From an uncultured virus (IMG/VR IMGVR_UViG_3300025889_017362) (Duplodnaviria > Heunggongvirae > Uroviricota > Caudoviricetes): DNA of 64,000 bases. This document shows, in pieces, positions 19,301 through 30,200 of this stretch; positions within the stretch are counted from its first letter, which is position 1; every line of letters begins with the position of its first letter. The notes beneath the pieces are model-generated. The model made no database searches. It saw nothing but the letters and a program-made list of their open reading frames with translations, and had not been told where the DNA came from. Both the position numbers and the translations under genes were made by a program. The stretch is from IMG/VR virus record IMGVR_UViG_3300025889_017362. One strand, written 5' to 3'.

Positions 19301-21039
19301 AGCAAGCCAGTTTGTATCTTCAAACTATAGTTCCTTCAGAGGGGATTGATGCTGCTCTTGCATTCATAGGGATAACAAGACAAGGAAACGTCCCGGCAGA
19401 AACGTATAAAACAACAGATGATTTTGTAAACCTCCTTTTAAATGAGAATGATGGCTCTTTTCGTGAAACATATATGCAAGACACAAGAGGGTTGCAGCCA
19501 TACAAATTTGTCGTTAGGCAAGTCGAGGAATTGGGTAATAATCTTGTACTGCCAGCTGGTGTTTATTCTATTGTACCCGGCCAGACATCTTATACTGACC
19601 CCGAAAGTACGGATGAAGACGATAGAGGTATAATAGAACAAAGTTTTGTAAGTGGTTATAGAAGACAAACTGGTGGCGCGCCAGATTATAATAGTCTGAG
19701 TGTATCAGTACAGGGCATCAATACAGATTATGCTACAGGTATTGATGGAGGAAGACCACAAAAAGAACGTGACCAAGAGAGATTGTCTTTATTGCTACAA
19801 CAAAAATCAGAGTTGAGTGTTATAGCTAAGCTACAAAACATAGAAGTCAAAAGCCCTTTTGAAATACCACTTAACATTCAAACAGTAGAACACTTACTGA
19901 TGTCTGAAGGCAACGCTCCTACTCATAATATGTTGAAAAAGGTAATAGATGCAGTACAAGAAACAATGCCTAATCTAAGAATCTCCATGAGAACTAGTAA
20001 CATTGACCCAAGTTATATTGAAATTTTTGCCTCTGCTGTTAATGAAGACGGCATCATTCAAGAAATAATGGATGAAATAGATGTTAATCGTGTAAACATA
20101 GAAGGCTCAGATAGGTCAGCGGATCTTTTAAGGAGTACTATTATCAGAGATGGCACAAGAGTGTTATCTAATAATGTTGCGGTTTTTAACTTTGGCACTG
20201 CTGATTCTTTAGTAGAGAATTTTTCTATGTCATCAAAAATTGACCCAATGGCCTTTACAACACAAATGACACCAGCTATCTTAGGTGGTGCGGTTATGAA
20301 TGTGACTAACATTCTCAGAGAGGGTTTAGTAGGAAATAGAGATAGAGATAACATTCTTAGTGACATTAGAAGAATCTTGGAGACAAATGTTATTGGCGTG
20401 GAAGACTTTAAGACATTACAAATAGTAAATGATGAAGGAAAAGTTACTGATGATGGAATGAATAGATTACGGTCTATTTTAGCTGGTGAAGACAATCAAC
20501 CAATTCTACAAAAAACCGCTATGACCTTAATAGAGGATTTAGCAACAGCTAATGTCTCCCTAAGAAATAAACTTTTGGCATTACAATCAGAGTATTTTAA
20601 CGGATTAGATTACGCTGATGACTTATCTGTTGATGAGGAGGATGGTTTTGTTGGTGAAACCAAGGCAATACCTAATAGCAAATATGCCGGTAGTTTACTT
20701 GGGACTTTTCTAAGGAGTATAACTATTACCGTACATGGCACAGCGGGCTTTAATGTACATGACTATGTATACATCAAGGGTACTATGAGTGGGGTAGAAG
20801 GTTTATACATAATAAGTAATGTTAATGAAAGTGTGGCCATAGGGTCGTTTACAACAACCTTAGAGTGTAAATTAATAGAATATACAAACAACAATCAACA
20901 AACTAACCCCTTAGCATACAAAGGTGAAGCATCAATAAGGGCATTGGCAGAACAACAAAGAAAATTATCCGAAGATGGAGATAGTATTAATTTTTCTGAT
21001 GTTGTAGCAGCATTGTCCGAAGCGAACAGCTCTAATTAG
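16306..21039 (+). CDS. Large baseplate hub protein (gp27/gpD-like with large insertions)
   Basis: C-terminal SITITVHGTAGF...GLYIISNVNESV..GSFTTTLEC is hub-like; SLVENFSMSSKI; position after the LysM-like gene. Confidence 0.6.
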   Translation: MPSTYRADFGGNTGRKLNGLPIDLMRTSRQGVKLLNSFFDGYESANSLWVESASDNAKVAFEQSLQSSNFIAPPFFSDADVDESGNNPIQGQVFQDPNTDDGGADTVSISNPYSSIVQGWNQKLVAGNVDLSSLVPFVELYAVFASDDLVYSESTNRFTGIKNRLIPVRFTRPPNSLGEGAPSLPPNVTQESKLARIGSYEGQLNKDYTTYRNEPVSGGDYPVDDNIRSFRGQPGINDLAISRGSRGAFNIKYDLGITLPNPEIINDQYEYSKLLLPNSIFLIVHGWKVSGTSFFAESYPPLLKAGNEDFTNVIIGGTNNGFWGANLTTLYNFNFEFDNVGHLIGKLSFISAQSALLASLETSMVGGTMIKNLKDTDPNILARAVGKNDEEKQNVIFSSGVPWTSEDRSGTAIDEQQRSTAAIEESVVNVFRQISNIQGNANIASEVFSLQQLLSTLGGDFEEGRIELIANTIRGIVDDFNNEFFGIVNHIYADEVGVSTEDVINALGLEGYQSFFDPDAVPNENLLYNYYLLSKAIDNRDLIAYIPPTGFIVDGIQIKTRDRNLTASQQQENLRTIGRGYLTDSNFTTVAPPLTGTQPTTSPVAMPSFGSNLQRIIFDSFDEDSNLNHTNYSRSALASGVIGVNNELRNIITNTSILSLPVVRSQTKTQLLPDLSEDFEENFQNSIFMIEYTAVGGSSSFDKPSDVKPWRITFPRNDVDGAGSVFIVGNNEYAFANDGNAPEESTAALPIVIDAGAGENRNANGFAADDARYVQSQVLILDSGYSISRIKNLKNQPYEKPSPPRSLLTENNEFFVPGFESISMLDGLDADTKKKLNTLKQDSYAYVQTQDAFRKTQIGFSGNNEFDLDGVIYSTYMRPAYFFLGSVLESLRIATNSVVKFYYKPFRSRVDTKPFRIQIPDQSGGDSTAVAIIDNQIRAVEQNMVNNGFPEGIREFPLSEYGYEEPTEANLNEVRERYKQFWRDWNEGLSDFIVNALREQASLYLQTIVPSEGIDAALAFIGITRQGNVPAETYKTTDDFVNLLLNENDGSFRETYMQDTRGLQPYKFVVRQVEELGNNLVLPAGVYSIVPGQTSYTDPESTDEDDRGIIEQSFVSGYRRQTGGAPDYNSLSVSVQGINTDYATGIDGGRPQKERDQERLSLLLQQKSELSVIAKLQNIEVKSPFEIPLNIQTVEHLLMSEGNAPTHNMLKKVIDAVQETMPNLRISMRTSNIDPSYIEIFASAVNEDGIIQEIMDEIDVNRVNIEGSDRSADLLRSTIIRDGTRVLSNNVAVFNFGTADSLVENFSMSSKIDPMAFTTQMTPAILGGAVMNVTNILREGLVGNRDRDNILSDIRRILETNVIGVEDFKTLQIVNDEGKVTDDGMNRLRSILAGEDNQPILQKTAMTLIEDLATANVSLRNKLLALQSEYFNGLDYADDLSVDEEDGFVGETKAIPNSKYAGSLLGTFLRSITITVHGTAGFNVHDYVYIKGTMSGVEGLYIISNVNESVAIGSFTTTLECKLIEYTNNNQQTNPLAYKGEASIRALAEQQRKLSEDGDSINFSDVVAALSEANSSN

Positions 21040-21113
21040 TATTAATAATTAATAGTATAGGAATTTTACTATTATTATTAAAATAATGTGTAAATGTAAC
21101 TGAAAGGTATACT

Positions 21114-21767
21114 ATGAAATATTGGGGCGCTGATGAAGAAAATGCCATTGCTTATTTTAATAGTGACATAAGTGTGCATGAAAAACACAAGGTTTATAAA
21201 GATACGATTTATCCAGCTTTTAAGAAGCTAATAGAAAACATTTACTACACCTATAATTTTAATAAAATCTTATCTGACTATCGGCACATTGAACACGAAG
21301 CATTGGCACATTTGTATGAAAAAATAAATAAGTTTGACCATACTAGTGGTAAAAAATCTTTTTCATACTTTGGTATGATTGTAAAAAATTGGTTAATACA
21401 ACAAGCTAATTTGGCTAAACGACAAGTGTTTGTTGATAGTGAAAATGCAGATACCATTATCTATGATAAAAGTATGGAGGGTTATCAAGACGATAGTAAA
21501 GAGGAAGAAGATGTTGCTTTCATTGCTGTTGTTATAGACCATTTTGATGACTTGATGGTTGATGAAAGTATGAATAAGGATGATAGGGCGGTTTTAAATA
21601 TTATCAATGAAATACTCAAAAACTATCACAAGCTAAATATTTATAATAAGAAACAGCTGTATATGTATGTTAGAGAGGCAACTGACCTTCCGAGCAGAAA
21701 GATAACAAAATCTATAAAGAAGATAAAAACAAGTTATGTGGTATTAAAAGATGACTTCATCAACTGA
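21114..21767 (+). CDS. Phage late-transcription sigma factor (T4 gp55-like)
   Basis: Region-2-like LYEKINKFDHTSGKKSFSYFGMIVKNWL (cf. FDPxKxxxxFxYFT); helical C-terminus LYMYVREAT. Confidence 0.7.
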   Translation: MKYWGADEENAIAYFNSDISVHEKHKVYKDTIYPAFKKLIENIYYTYNFNKILSDYRHIEHEALAHLYEKINKFDHTSGKKSFSYFGMIVKNWLIQQANLAKRQVFVDSENADTIIYDKSMEGYQDDSKEEEDVAFIAVVIDHFDDLMVDESMNKDDRAVLNIINEILKNYHKLNIYNKKQLYMYVREATDLPSRKITKSIKKIKTSYVVLKDDFIN

Positions 21768-21960
21768 TTACTCAAAACTATCTGATGAGCAAGTTGGAAG
21801 ATTGTTTTTACAGGCTTTGCAAGTTTATGAAGATCAAATAAGTATCATGGATTTTCTTAGAAAAAAAGTTACAGAAGTTAGAAATGACATACACGATTTA
21901 GAAAAAGAACTAGCCAAAAGAAATGTAGAAATAAAAAATTTGGAAAAAGAAAATGAATAA
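21751..21960 (+). CDS. Small coiled-coil hypothetical protein
   Basis: 69 aa overlapping both neighbours; heptad pattern. Confidence 0.55.
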   Translation: MTSSTDYSKLSDEQVGRLFLQALQVYEDQISIMDFLRKKVTEVRNDIHDLEKELAKRNVEIKNLEKENE

Positions 21961-23452
21961 TGCACCATCAATAGAAAAAATGTTTTCAAGCGGTAGTTTT
22001 GAAGAAGACCTATATGGAAACGCTTTAGGATGGAAGACACCAGAGTTATTCATAATAAGTCGCGCTATAGTAATAAGTGTAAAACTAAGTCCAGAAGTTA
22101 GTGATGCCGCGGCGTCAACATTCCCACAATTTTCGATTAACGCTAGGGTTATAGGCGAAGATAGCTCATCTACAACGCCGGAAAATGAAATTCCTAGATG
22201 GTTTTATCCACTTATGCCTAATGCTATTTTTGCTGTGCCTGAAATAGGGGAGCAAATTTTAATAATAAGAGAAACAACAAAACTAAATTCAAGAGGTTAT
22301 TGGATAGGTAGAATAAATGATACAGATAATGTTAGTTTAAAATTAGCCAATAATCATAGTGTAATGACCAATCCCAGCCCAACAGCAAGATATGGGATGC
22401 CTTTTGATGTACAGAAAGTAAACTCCAGATCCGAGCAACCATCTGCAGCTAACGGGTCAAAAATGATACAAATACCTGCTAGTTTAGGTGATGTAGTTGT
22501 GCAAGGAAGAAATGGAAGTTTTTTAAGAAACTCATATAATCCACTTTATAATCAAAAGCCAGGCGTTTTAGAAATGGGGATTTTAGAGTCCAGAGTTTAT
22601 AGACCCTCTGGTTTGCCCACTCTTGGATCTACAAAAACAAAAACTGTACATCTTGCTGATACTATACCTATTGACATAAGCAATTCATTAGAAAAAGAGT
22701 CAATAGATGTTGAATCTGGTGATAAAAGAAATTTTATTCTAAACATAAGTGATGAAACATACAACTTTTCAAGAGCTATTGATGCTGAAGCAAAAATGCA
22801 TCGTTTAGTGTTAGGAGAAAAGTTAAATAAGTATTTTGAAGACCAAAATTTTGTAATTCAAGGTCTTATTAATGTCTCAAAATCATTGGTATCAACAATA
22901 GATGATTTATTTAATTCTTATGTTGACCATGAGCACGCCTTACCAGAAATAAACATTGACATACCAGATAAGGAAGTGCTTGATAAACAAGTAATAAATA
23001 GAGGCGTAAAACTTGTGCCTCAGCCTTCAAAAAGGGTTTTCGTCCCAGCGTCTAGAGTAAGAGTGCCCGGCAGCGGCGATGTTTATGAAACAGTTACAGA
23101 AACCCCAGCAAACAGCCCTCCTGTTAAGACTCGCAAATTAGTGGCAAAAGGAACGCCAGGCGCTACAGTAACTATACCCTCAAAGTTTATTACTGTTCCG
23201 ACACCACCGAAGTCTGTAAATTTGGGTTATAGAACAGTTGTAAAAAGAAGAAGAATAAAGTTTGATGACATAAGTGTTGGAGGAAAAGATAATCCACGAT
23301 TTACTGTACCAATAGAAACAGATGAAAGAACAGAAAAAGTGCAACAAGATGTCAACAATATTCTTGATAGATTTGACAGAACAAAACAGCAGTTTACTGC
23401 TCTTCTAACTCAACTTGAGAGCAATCTAAGCAAAAGACACTTTATAAACTAA
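21953..23452 (+). CDS. Baseplate central spike (gp5/gpV-like OB-fold)
   Basis: YPLMP...VPEIGEQILI...YWIG OB-fold; GDVVVQGRNG; LVLGEKL; HEH metal-type motif; ends NLSKRHF; just upstream of gp25. Confidence 0.75.
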   Translation: MNNAPSIEKMFSSGSFEEDLYGNALGWKTPELFIISRAIVISVKLSPEVSDAAASTFPQFSINARVIGEDSSSTTPENEIPRWFYPLMPNAIFAVPEIGEQILIIRETTKLNSRGYWIGRINDTDNVSLKLANNHSVMTNPSPTARYGMPFDVQKVNSRSEQPSAANGSKMIQIPASLGDVVVQGRNGSFLRNSYNPLYNQKPGVLEMGILESRVYRPSGLPTLGSTKTKTVHLADTIPIDISNSLEKESIDVESGDKRNFILNISDETYNFSRAIDAEAKMHRLVLGEKLNKYFEDQNFVIQGLINVSKSLVSTIDDLFNSYVDHEHALPEINIDIPDKEVLDKQVINRGVKLVPQPSKRVFVPASRVRVPGSGDVYETVTETPANSPPVKTRKLVAKGTPGATVTIPSKFITVPTPPKSVNLGYRTVVKRRRIKFDDISVGGKDNPRFTVPIETDERTEKVQQDVNNILDRFDRTKQQFTALLTQLESNLSKRHFIN

Positions 23453-23462
23453 GAGAAAGTTA

Positions 23463-23879
23463 ATGGGCGTTAATTTAAAATTTCCTTTGAGGTCTTATCG
23501 TAAAGGCTTTTTTGAAATGAATAACACAACAATAGATGCAGTTAAGGAAGACATAAAAATACTTCTAATGACCAAAAAAGGCGAAAGAGTTGTAAACCCA
23601 ACTATTGGTACTAACATTCCTATTCTATTGGGTGAACTTTTTGAGCCCATAGAAAAAAGAGAAATGGAAGCAAGAATAGGTGCAGAAATAAGGTCTGCAT
23701 TAGAGACATGGATGCCCTATGTTACAATGGATGAAATTGAAGTTTTTAGCGCGGAAGATGCACCGTATGGCACAAACATAAATGAAAATGATATTTTAGT
23801 AAGGATGGCCTACACATTGCAAGATGCTGGAGGTATTAGAGATTCTATTCAGTTATCATTTCAAAATGCACCGACATAG
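23463..23879 (+). CDS. Baseplate wedge gp25-like protein
   Basis: LKFP, IKILLMTKKGERVVNPTIGT, LFEP, WMPYV. Confidence 0.92.
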   Translation: MGVNLKFPLRSYRKGFFEMNNTTIDAVKEDIKILLMTKKGERVVNPTIGTNIPILLGELFEPIEKREMEARIGAEIRSALETWMPYVTMDEIEVFSAEDAPYGTNINENDILVRMAYTLQDAGGIRDSIQLSFQNAPT

Positions 23880-23888
23880 AGAGTATAA

Positions 23889-25706
23889 ATGAATTATCAA
23901 TCAACAAGACAAGGCACAAAACAGATTGCCGATGTCAATTATTTATCAAAAGATTTTGATTCAATAAAATCAGATTTGATAGATTATCTAAGAAGATATT
24001 TTCCAGATGACTATCAAGACTTCAATGAAGCATCAGGCGGTATGGCTATTATAGAGTTGTTGGCCTATCTTGGCGATGCTATGTCATTCTATATTGACAG
24101 ACAGGTAAATGAGGGCTTTATAGAAAGAGCTATTGAAGAGAAAAACATTTTTTCTTTGGCTCAAAACTTGGGATACAAACCAAAGTTTTCAAGACCAGCA
24201 GTTGTTAATCTATCACTTAGTGCTATTTTTGATAATACTACTTCGGCTGATTCAATGTTTACATTAAAGAAGGGCACTAAGGTTGTTACTAACTTTGAGC
24301 CTTCGGTACAATTTGAAACCTTAGTAGATGCAGATTTTTCAAGGCCAGAAAACAGAATGGTGGAAAGAATCAACTCCTCACAAACAAGAGTTTCCATAAC
24401 AAGTGTTTCTGCTATTGCTGGCTCAACTAGAACATTCTCCTATAAAGCATCAAATGCCGTACCTTTTTTGAAACTGACATTGCCTGATAATAACATAACA
24501 GAAGTTGTCTCTATTACATCTTCCGATGGTAAAGAATATTTTCAAGTTGATAATTTGGCTCAAGGAAGTGTTTTTACGGGAGAAATTAATAGCACATCAT
24601 CAAGCTCGGATTCTCAATACATTTTACAATACAAGAAGATACCTTATAGATATACAACCGAAGTCAGTGCTGACGGCACAACTTCTATTGTATTTGGCTC
24701 TGGTACTACCGATCTGGAAGACTCTGAGATAATACCTAACCCCGAAGACTATGTATTGCCACCAAGTCTTAGAGGTGCACCATCGGGTTTTGCACCAGCT
24801 GTGGTTGATTCGTCAAACTTTTTAAAAACCAAAGGTTTAGGTTTTGCACCAAGAGATGTGAATATTGACATAAAATACAGGTATGGTGGTGGTAATCAAA
24901 CTAATGTTGGCCCAAGGACACTAAAGACATTCTCATCAAGAATAGTTTCTTTTAATAATTCTAATTTTCTTTCAGTATCGTCCAGCGTAGCTAATAGTAT
25001 TCTATCAACACTTTCTGTAGAAAACGTACAACAAGCCACTGGTGGAAGTAATAGAGAAAGTAGGACCGCTATAAAACAAAATGCATTACAATATTTTAAC
25101 TCTCAAAATAGAGCGGTCACACTACAAGACTATCAAGTTAGGGTGTTGTCTATGCCAACAGAGTTTGGGTCTGTGTTTAGGAGTTATGCCCGTAAAGACC
25201 CAGCAAATGCGTTGGGTGTAGAGTTGATAACTATAGCAAGGAATGCAAATGGCTTTTTAATACCCCCAACAGGTGTCTTAAAAAATAACATAGAAACATA
25301 CATACAAAAATTCAAGTCGTTTTCTGACACTATAAAACTAACAGATGGTAAGGTGTGTAATATAGGTGTTGACTTTACTATTTTACCTATGCCTGATGCC
25401 AATGCTAATGACGCTCTTGTCGAGTGTTTTATCTTGCTTAGAAGATTATTTATTGCAGAAAACACAAACTTTGGTTCTACTCTAATAGTGCCTAACTATC
25501 TGGCAAGACTACAAGCATTAGAAAAAGTAAGGTCGGTTGTAGACTTTAAGTTTACAAACATAAACACAAATCAAGACAACAGAACTTATTCCGCTTATGA
25601 TTTTGACATTAAGGCAAATACTAAAAATGGTGTTTTGTGTTTTCCAGAAGATGTTTGTTGGGAGCTAAAATATCCAAACTTTGACATAGTAGGGAGAACA
25701 ACATAA
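23889..25706 (+). CDS. Baseplate wedge subunit gp6 / baseplate J-like
   Basis: YLSKDFDSIK, DFNEASGG, ELLAYLGD..SFYID, LAQNLGY, FGSG, ATGG, QNRAVTLQDY. Confidence 0.93.
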   Translation: MNYQSTRQGTKQIADVNYLSKDFDSIKSDLIDYLRRYFPDDYQDFNEASGGMAIIELLAYLGDAMSFYIDRQVNEGFIERAIEEKNIFSLAQNLGYKPKFSRPAVVNLSLSAIFDNTTSADSMFTLKKGTKVVTNFEPSVQFETLVDADFSRPENRMVERINSSQTRVSITSVSAIAGSTRTFSYKASNAVPFLKLTLPDNNITEVVSITSSDGKEYFQVDNLAQGSVFTGEINSTSSSSDSQYILQYKKIPYRYTTEVSADGTTSIVFGSGTTDLEDSEIIPNPEDYVLPPSLRGAPSGFAPAVVDSSNFLKTKGLGFAPRDVNIDIKYRYGGGNQTNVGPRTLKTFSSRIVSFNNSNFLSVSSSVANSILSTLSVENVQQATGGSNRESRTAIKQNALQYFNSQNRAVTLQDYQVRVLSMPTEFGSVFRSYARKDPANALGVELITIARNANGFLIPPTGVLKNNIETYIQKFKSFSDTIKLTDGKVCNIGVDFTILPMPDANANDALVECFILLRRLFIAENTNFGSTLIVPNYLARLQALEKVRSVVDFKFTNINTNQDNRTYSAYDFDIKANTKNGVLCFPEDVCWELKYPNFDIVGRTT

Positions 25707-27247
25707 TGTCTATTGCCAGAGCTTATGCCGATAAAGATACTTGGATAACAGAACAATCTGTTACTTCTAACTTTGGTGAAACACCTATCTTAGAAGTGTG
25801 GAATAAGTTTAATGATGTAACTCAAAGAAAAGAGTTTGCAAGAATACTCATGCGTTTCTCTCTGTCATCATTGAGTGCTGACATTGTGAATACTGGAAGA
25901 TTGCCAGACCCAAGAACAAATACAACTGTTTCAGCCTTTATCAACATAAAGAATGTAAAACATAGCGAGCAACAGGCTGTAAACTTTGACTTGATGGCTG
26001 TGCCTCTTACTACTGGATGGATGGAAGGTAGAGGTCTTGATAATGACAACTTTACAAACACTGGTTTTGCGAATGCTATTAGTGCTACAAACACAATGCC
26101 ATGGAATTTCAATCAAGGTCAAACTGGAGCTGGCACTTACATAGGTGCAGCTAGTAGAGTTTATGACTCCAATAGTGCTACTCAGTTTTTTGAAAGTGGT
26201 GAAGAAGATTTACGAATGGATGTTACCGACTACTTCAAAGCGTATTTAGACTACTCAACAGGGACATCTATTGCTGATGGAGGAAGTGCTGATTATGGTT
26301 TTCTTATTCGTATGACCGATAAGTATGAAGCAAAAGATTCAGCAGAGGCTCTAGCGGCAGGGTCTATCTCTTCTATTTCTGCGACGAGTTTTTACACCAA
26401 AAAGTTTTATAGTAGAGAAACAAACACTCGTAAGAGGCCATACTTTGAGTTGGTGTGGGAAGGAGCCATCAAAGATAATAGGGATAATATAAAGTTTTCT
26501 AAAACTGCCGACCTATTCTATTATAGTCTTATTGATGGAGAGTTGACAGACCTAAATGGCACAGGCCCATTTCCTGGCCATGTCACCCTTAGCGCTAATG
26601 GTGTAGGTATGTTGACAGATGCTGCATCTGGAATGGCACTTACAGCGTCAAGATTTTCCAAAGGTATCTATAAGGTTAACATAGGCACAGCAACAAATGC
26701 CGATGGTTATCTAAACCTAACAGGTATAAACTTGGGACTATCATCATCAACATCATTTACTGATAGTTGGACAGTAACAACTGCCGGTGAATATAGGACA
26801 GACTCATTCTCATTTCAATGTCTACTACCCACTTCTGGTTATGGAAACTATGTTACCTCTAACCATGTTGTAACAATGCCTAATCTAAATGACCAGTATG
26901 ACCCAACAACCAAGGCAAGAATAAGAGTGTTTGTAAAGAATAAACAAACTCAATGGCAAACACTAACTGGCACAACAACAGCGATGAATACAGCTATTAT
27001 AAGAGATGGAACATTTGAGGTAAGAGAAGTTGAAACAAATGATGTAGAAATACCAGAGCAATCATTGTCGTATGATGCAGATGGAAACTTTTTTGACTTG
27101 GATAATAGACTATTGTATGAAGGTATTAGATATAAGATTGTGCTAAAGCTAAATGTAAGAGGAGAAAGTATTGTTTATGACTTTCCAGAAAAGTGGCAAT
27201 TTGCATGTGGTGACATTTACGACATTGATTATGCAGGGGGTTACTAA
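25706..27247 (+). CDS. Baseplate-associated structural protein (DNRLRE/DUF7594-like beta domain)
   Basis: ADKDTWI..SNFG..LEV, RILMRF, WMEGRG, YGFLI, KFYSRET..RPYFELVW; within wedge cluster. Confidence 0.6.
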   Translation: MSIARAYADKDTWITEQSVTSNFGETPILEVWNKFNDVTQRKEFARILMRFSLSSLSADIVNTGRLPDPRTNTTVSAFINIKNVKHSEQQAVNFDLMAVPLTTGWMEGRGLDNDNFTNTGFANAISATNTMPWNFNQGQTGAGTYIGAASRVYDSNSATQFFESGEEDLRMDVTDYFKAYLDYSTGTSIADGGSADYGFLIRMTDKYEAKDSAEALAAGSISSISATSFYTKKFYSRETNTRKRPYFELVWEGAIKDNRDNIKFSKTADLFYYSLIDGELTDLNGTGPFPGHVTLSANGVGMLTDAASGMALTASRFSKGIYKVNIGTATNADGYLNLTGINLGLSSSTSFTDSWTVTTAGEYRTDSFSFQCLLPTSGYGNYVTSNHVVTMPNLNDQYDPTTKARIRVFVKNKQTQWQTLTGTTTAMNTAIIRDGTFEVREVETNDVEIPEQSLSYDADGNFFDLDNRLLYEGIRYKIVLKLNVRGESIVYDFPEKWQFACGDIYDIDYAGGY

Positions 27248-27249
27248 CA

Positions 27250-30200
27250 ATGGCTGACGGCTTTACATTTGATAGTTTAGTATCGTCACTATCTGGTTTA
27301 GGTACTGCCAGTGGCAACCTTATAGATTTGTCTATAACAGGTGCCAAATCCCGTGTGTTACCTTTGGTTGACTATGATGACTATTCACAACACATTTTCT
27401 TTGGAAACGCCTTAAGGAGGTTTCTGACCTGTAGAAAGGAAATCATAGATAAGTATCCTATTGGGTTATCCGGCCTTTCTGCCTCTGATGTTTTGTTGGA
27501 TGCTAATGTAGGCCCTAAAGCTATCTTTGAGGTTGATAAGTTTAGAAAAGAAGCCGATGGTTTCACTACTTACATTTTAGATAGACTAGGTGTAACAGGC
27601 TCATCTTCTGGCAACACAAACGCTAACCCAAATAATACTGTTATTGCTGTAAATGAGAATGGAGAAAATGTCCCTCTTATTGCCGTTTATAGAAACACAC
27701 TCAATAGTATTACTGGTAGTCAAACGGGCATGATAGAATCTTTATCTGCACGAGCGGTATTGTATGAAGAAGAAGAAACCAATGTTATTGATAAGACTGC
27801 TGGAACAGGCACAGAAATAATAGGCACATCAACTGGTGCTTTTAGGTCTGAAATACATTACCCAGCCACAGCATCAGAAACTATAACAAGGGCTGAAAAG
27901 TTAGAAAACCTTTTACCCGAAGCTCTATTTGCTGGTGATGACCAAGATGTATTGGCAAGGCTGTTAGCTGGGTTTGGTGATGAGTTAGATGAGATAAAAG
28001 CTTTTGCTAACCAAATACCCTATGCAAAACACATTGACTACGGAAACACTAACAGAGTGCCTAACAAGTTTATTCCTACTTTTCTTAGGCAGTTTGGTGT
28101 AAATGTTTTTGAAAATGCAAGACGCAGTAGTTTTGAAAAAAGTCTGGTAAACTCAAGTAGTGGTGGCTATACCACACAATCCGTAAACTATGAAATATGG
28201 AATCGTATTCTAAATAATGTAATGCACCTTTTGAAGACAAAGGGCACAAGAGAGACATTAGAAGCGATAGGTAGAATTTATGGTGTTGACTCAAACTTCC
28301 TCAAAACAAATGAATACTCTGTTTTTTATAGACCAACCGAAGTTAGAGAAATAGAAGAAGTTGATACACCTGTATTGTTTGCAACTGGCTCTACTTATGT
28401 ACAAACCACTGCAGCAGCAACGGGATCTGCAAGAGTGTTTGACATACCAGCAAATAATAACTTTACTATAGAAATGAGGGTTTCAGCAACGGGTGCTAAT
28501 CTTTCATCATCTGGTTATACCTTATTGGTGCACCCATTATATAGCATAGAGATGAATGCTAGTGGTCAAGTTGCCTTCAAGTCAACCGTAACTGGCTCAC
28601 TATCTGCACAGACAGACCTTACATCTCTATCTAGTTTTGTTAGAGGTAGTGGAAGTGCAGACAACTTTCTAAATGTCGCTGTGAGTAGGTCTGGCGATAC
28701 ACTAAGTGTATATGCCATGGCTCTGTCCGCATCACCTACAGGTGGTAACGATATTGTTATAATGGATAAGGCAATAACATCTAACGATGGTGGTGGTAGT
28801 GCCATCTCAAAAGCAAACTTTGACTCAAGTGGTGGTGTTGGTGCAGCAATGTCTATTGGTGGAGCAAGTTATTCTCAATTCCCATCTTATTTTCCTGGCA
28901 GTGGGTCAACAAGATTTATTGGATACATACATCAAGTAAGAAGGTGGAACGTTGCCCTAAAAGATGAAGACATAAAACAACATACAAGAAACTTTGAGTC
29001 TGTTTCTTTCCAATCATCTACTGGTGTAGACATTGTAAATTCAGTAGACAATAAGGCAACCTATGGTAGTTTATCAGCACACTATAAACTAAAAGAGAAT
29101 ATGGTGCTCACTGGTGACTTCAACTTTATAGTTGACTCAACAACAGCATCAAACACTGCTATACCAGTTGGTTTTGAAGCAATACCAGACAAGAAAAGAT
29201 ATCGTGTATTCCAAAACATGAAAAAGATAAACAGGTATTATCCTGTTGGTTTTTCTGCAGATAACGATAGAATAAGACAAGATGACCCCTCTGATGCAAT
29301 AAGAGATACTGGTTACATTAGTTTTAGTATGAATCCAATGAATGCTGTAAACAGAGGTATCAAAAACTATGTCCATAATGTTTCACCAGCAGAATTACTT
29401 GGTGATGCAGAAGACTTGTTTGCTAAAACCTATGAAGGTGCTTTCAAAGAAGAATGGCACAACATAACATCACAATGGGGTCTTGCTCCAGAGCCTAGTC
29501 TAACTGGTGATGCTCTGATAAACGAAGTAATAAAGAGTGGTGGTAGTGTGTTAGGGACAGGTATTTCGGGCACTAGTGGAAACACATCTAGTTTGGTTGA
29601 CCTAAACACCTTTATCAAAGCCATGGGCAACTTCAATGATACCTTTGGTGGTTTGTTTCCGTTTGTGCAACAATTTTTACCAGCAAAAACTAGTATTATT
29701 GGACAGGGTGTATACATAGAAAGTCCAATGTTTGAGCGTAGTAAGATGAGAAGGCAGTTTGGTCTAAGAGAATCATCTTCTACTGGTTATGTAGGCGCAC
29801 CTACAACTAGTGGAAACTTAGGCCACATTTCTGATGATGAAGGCAGAGAGTCATTTAATCAAACACCATCTGTTGTTGAGTTATCTGTTACGGGATTTAC
29901 AATAAACAATCACCATAACTCTGGTAATGTATCAACTGTTGGTAGTAATAGTGCAAACGATGCTACACTTATTGCTTCAGCAGCTTCTACTGCAACATTT
30001 CAAGGGTTTCAATACAGAGATGGTGTGCAAGACTTTTTTGATTCAACAGTAACGGCAACAAGAGTGTTACCAAATGTAAGTGTTGAAAGCTCAACAAATG
30101 CCCCAAGATTTTCTTCTACGAGGGTTGGTAGGATATTGCCTATTCGGGTAAAACCTGCTGCTGGTGCAGTATCGGTTGTTGATGTTACTTTAGATAAAGT

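Noticed and set aside
21040..21080. AT-rich inverted repeats upstream of the sigma factor gene
   Set aside because: TATTAAT-A-ATTAATA and TAATAGTA/TACTATTA are present but nearly pure A/T, so chance occurrence is likely
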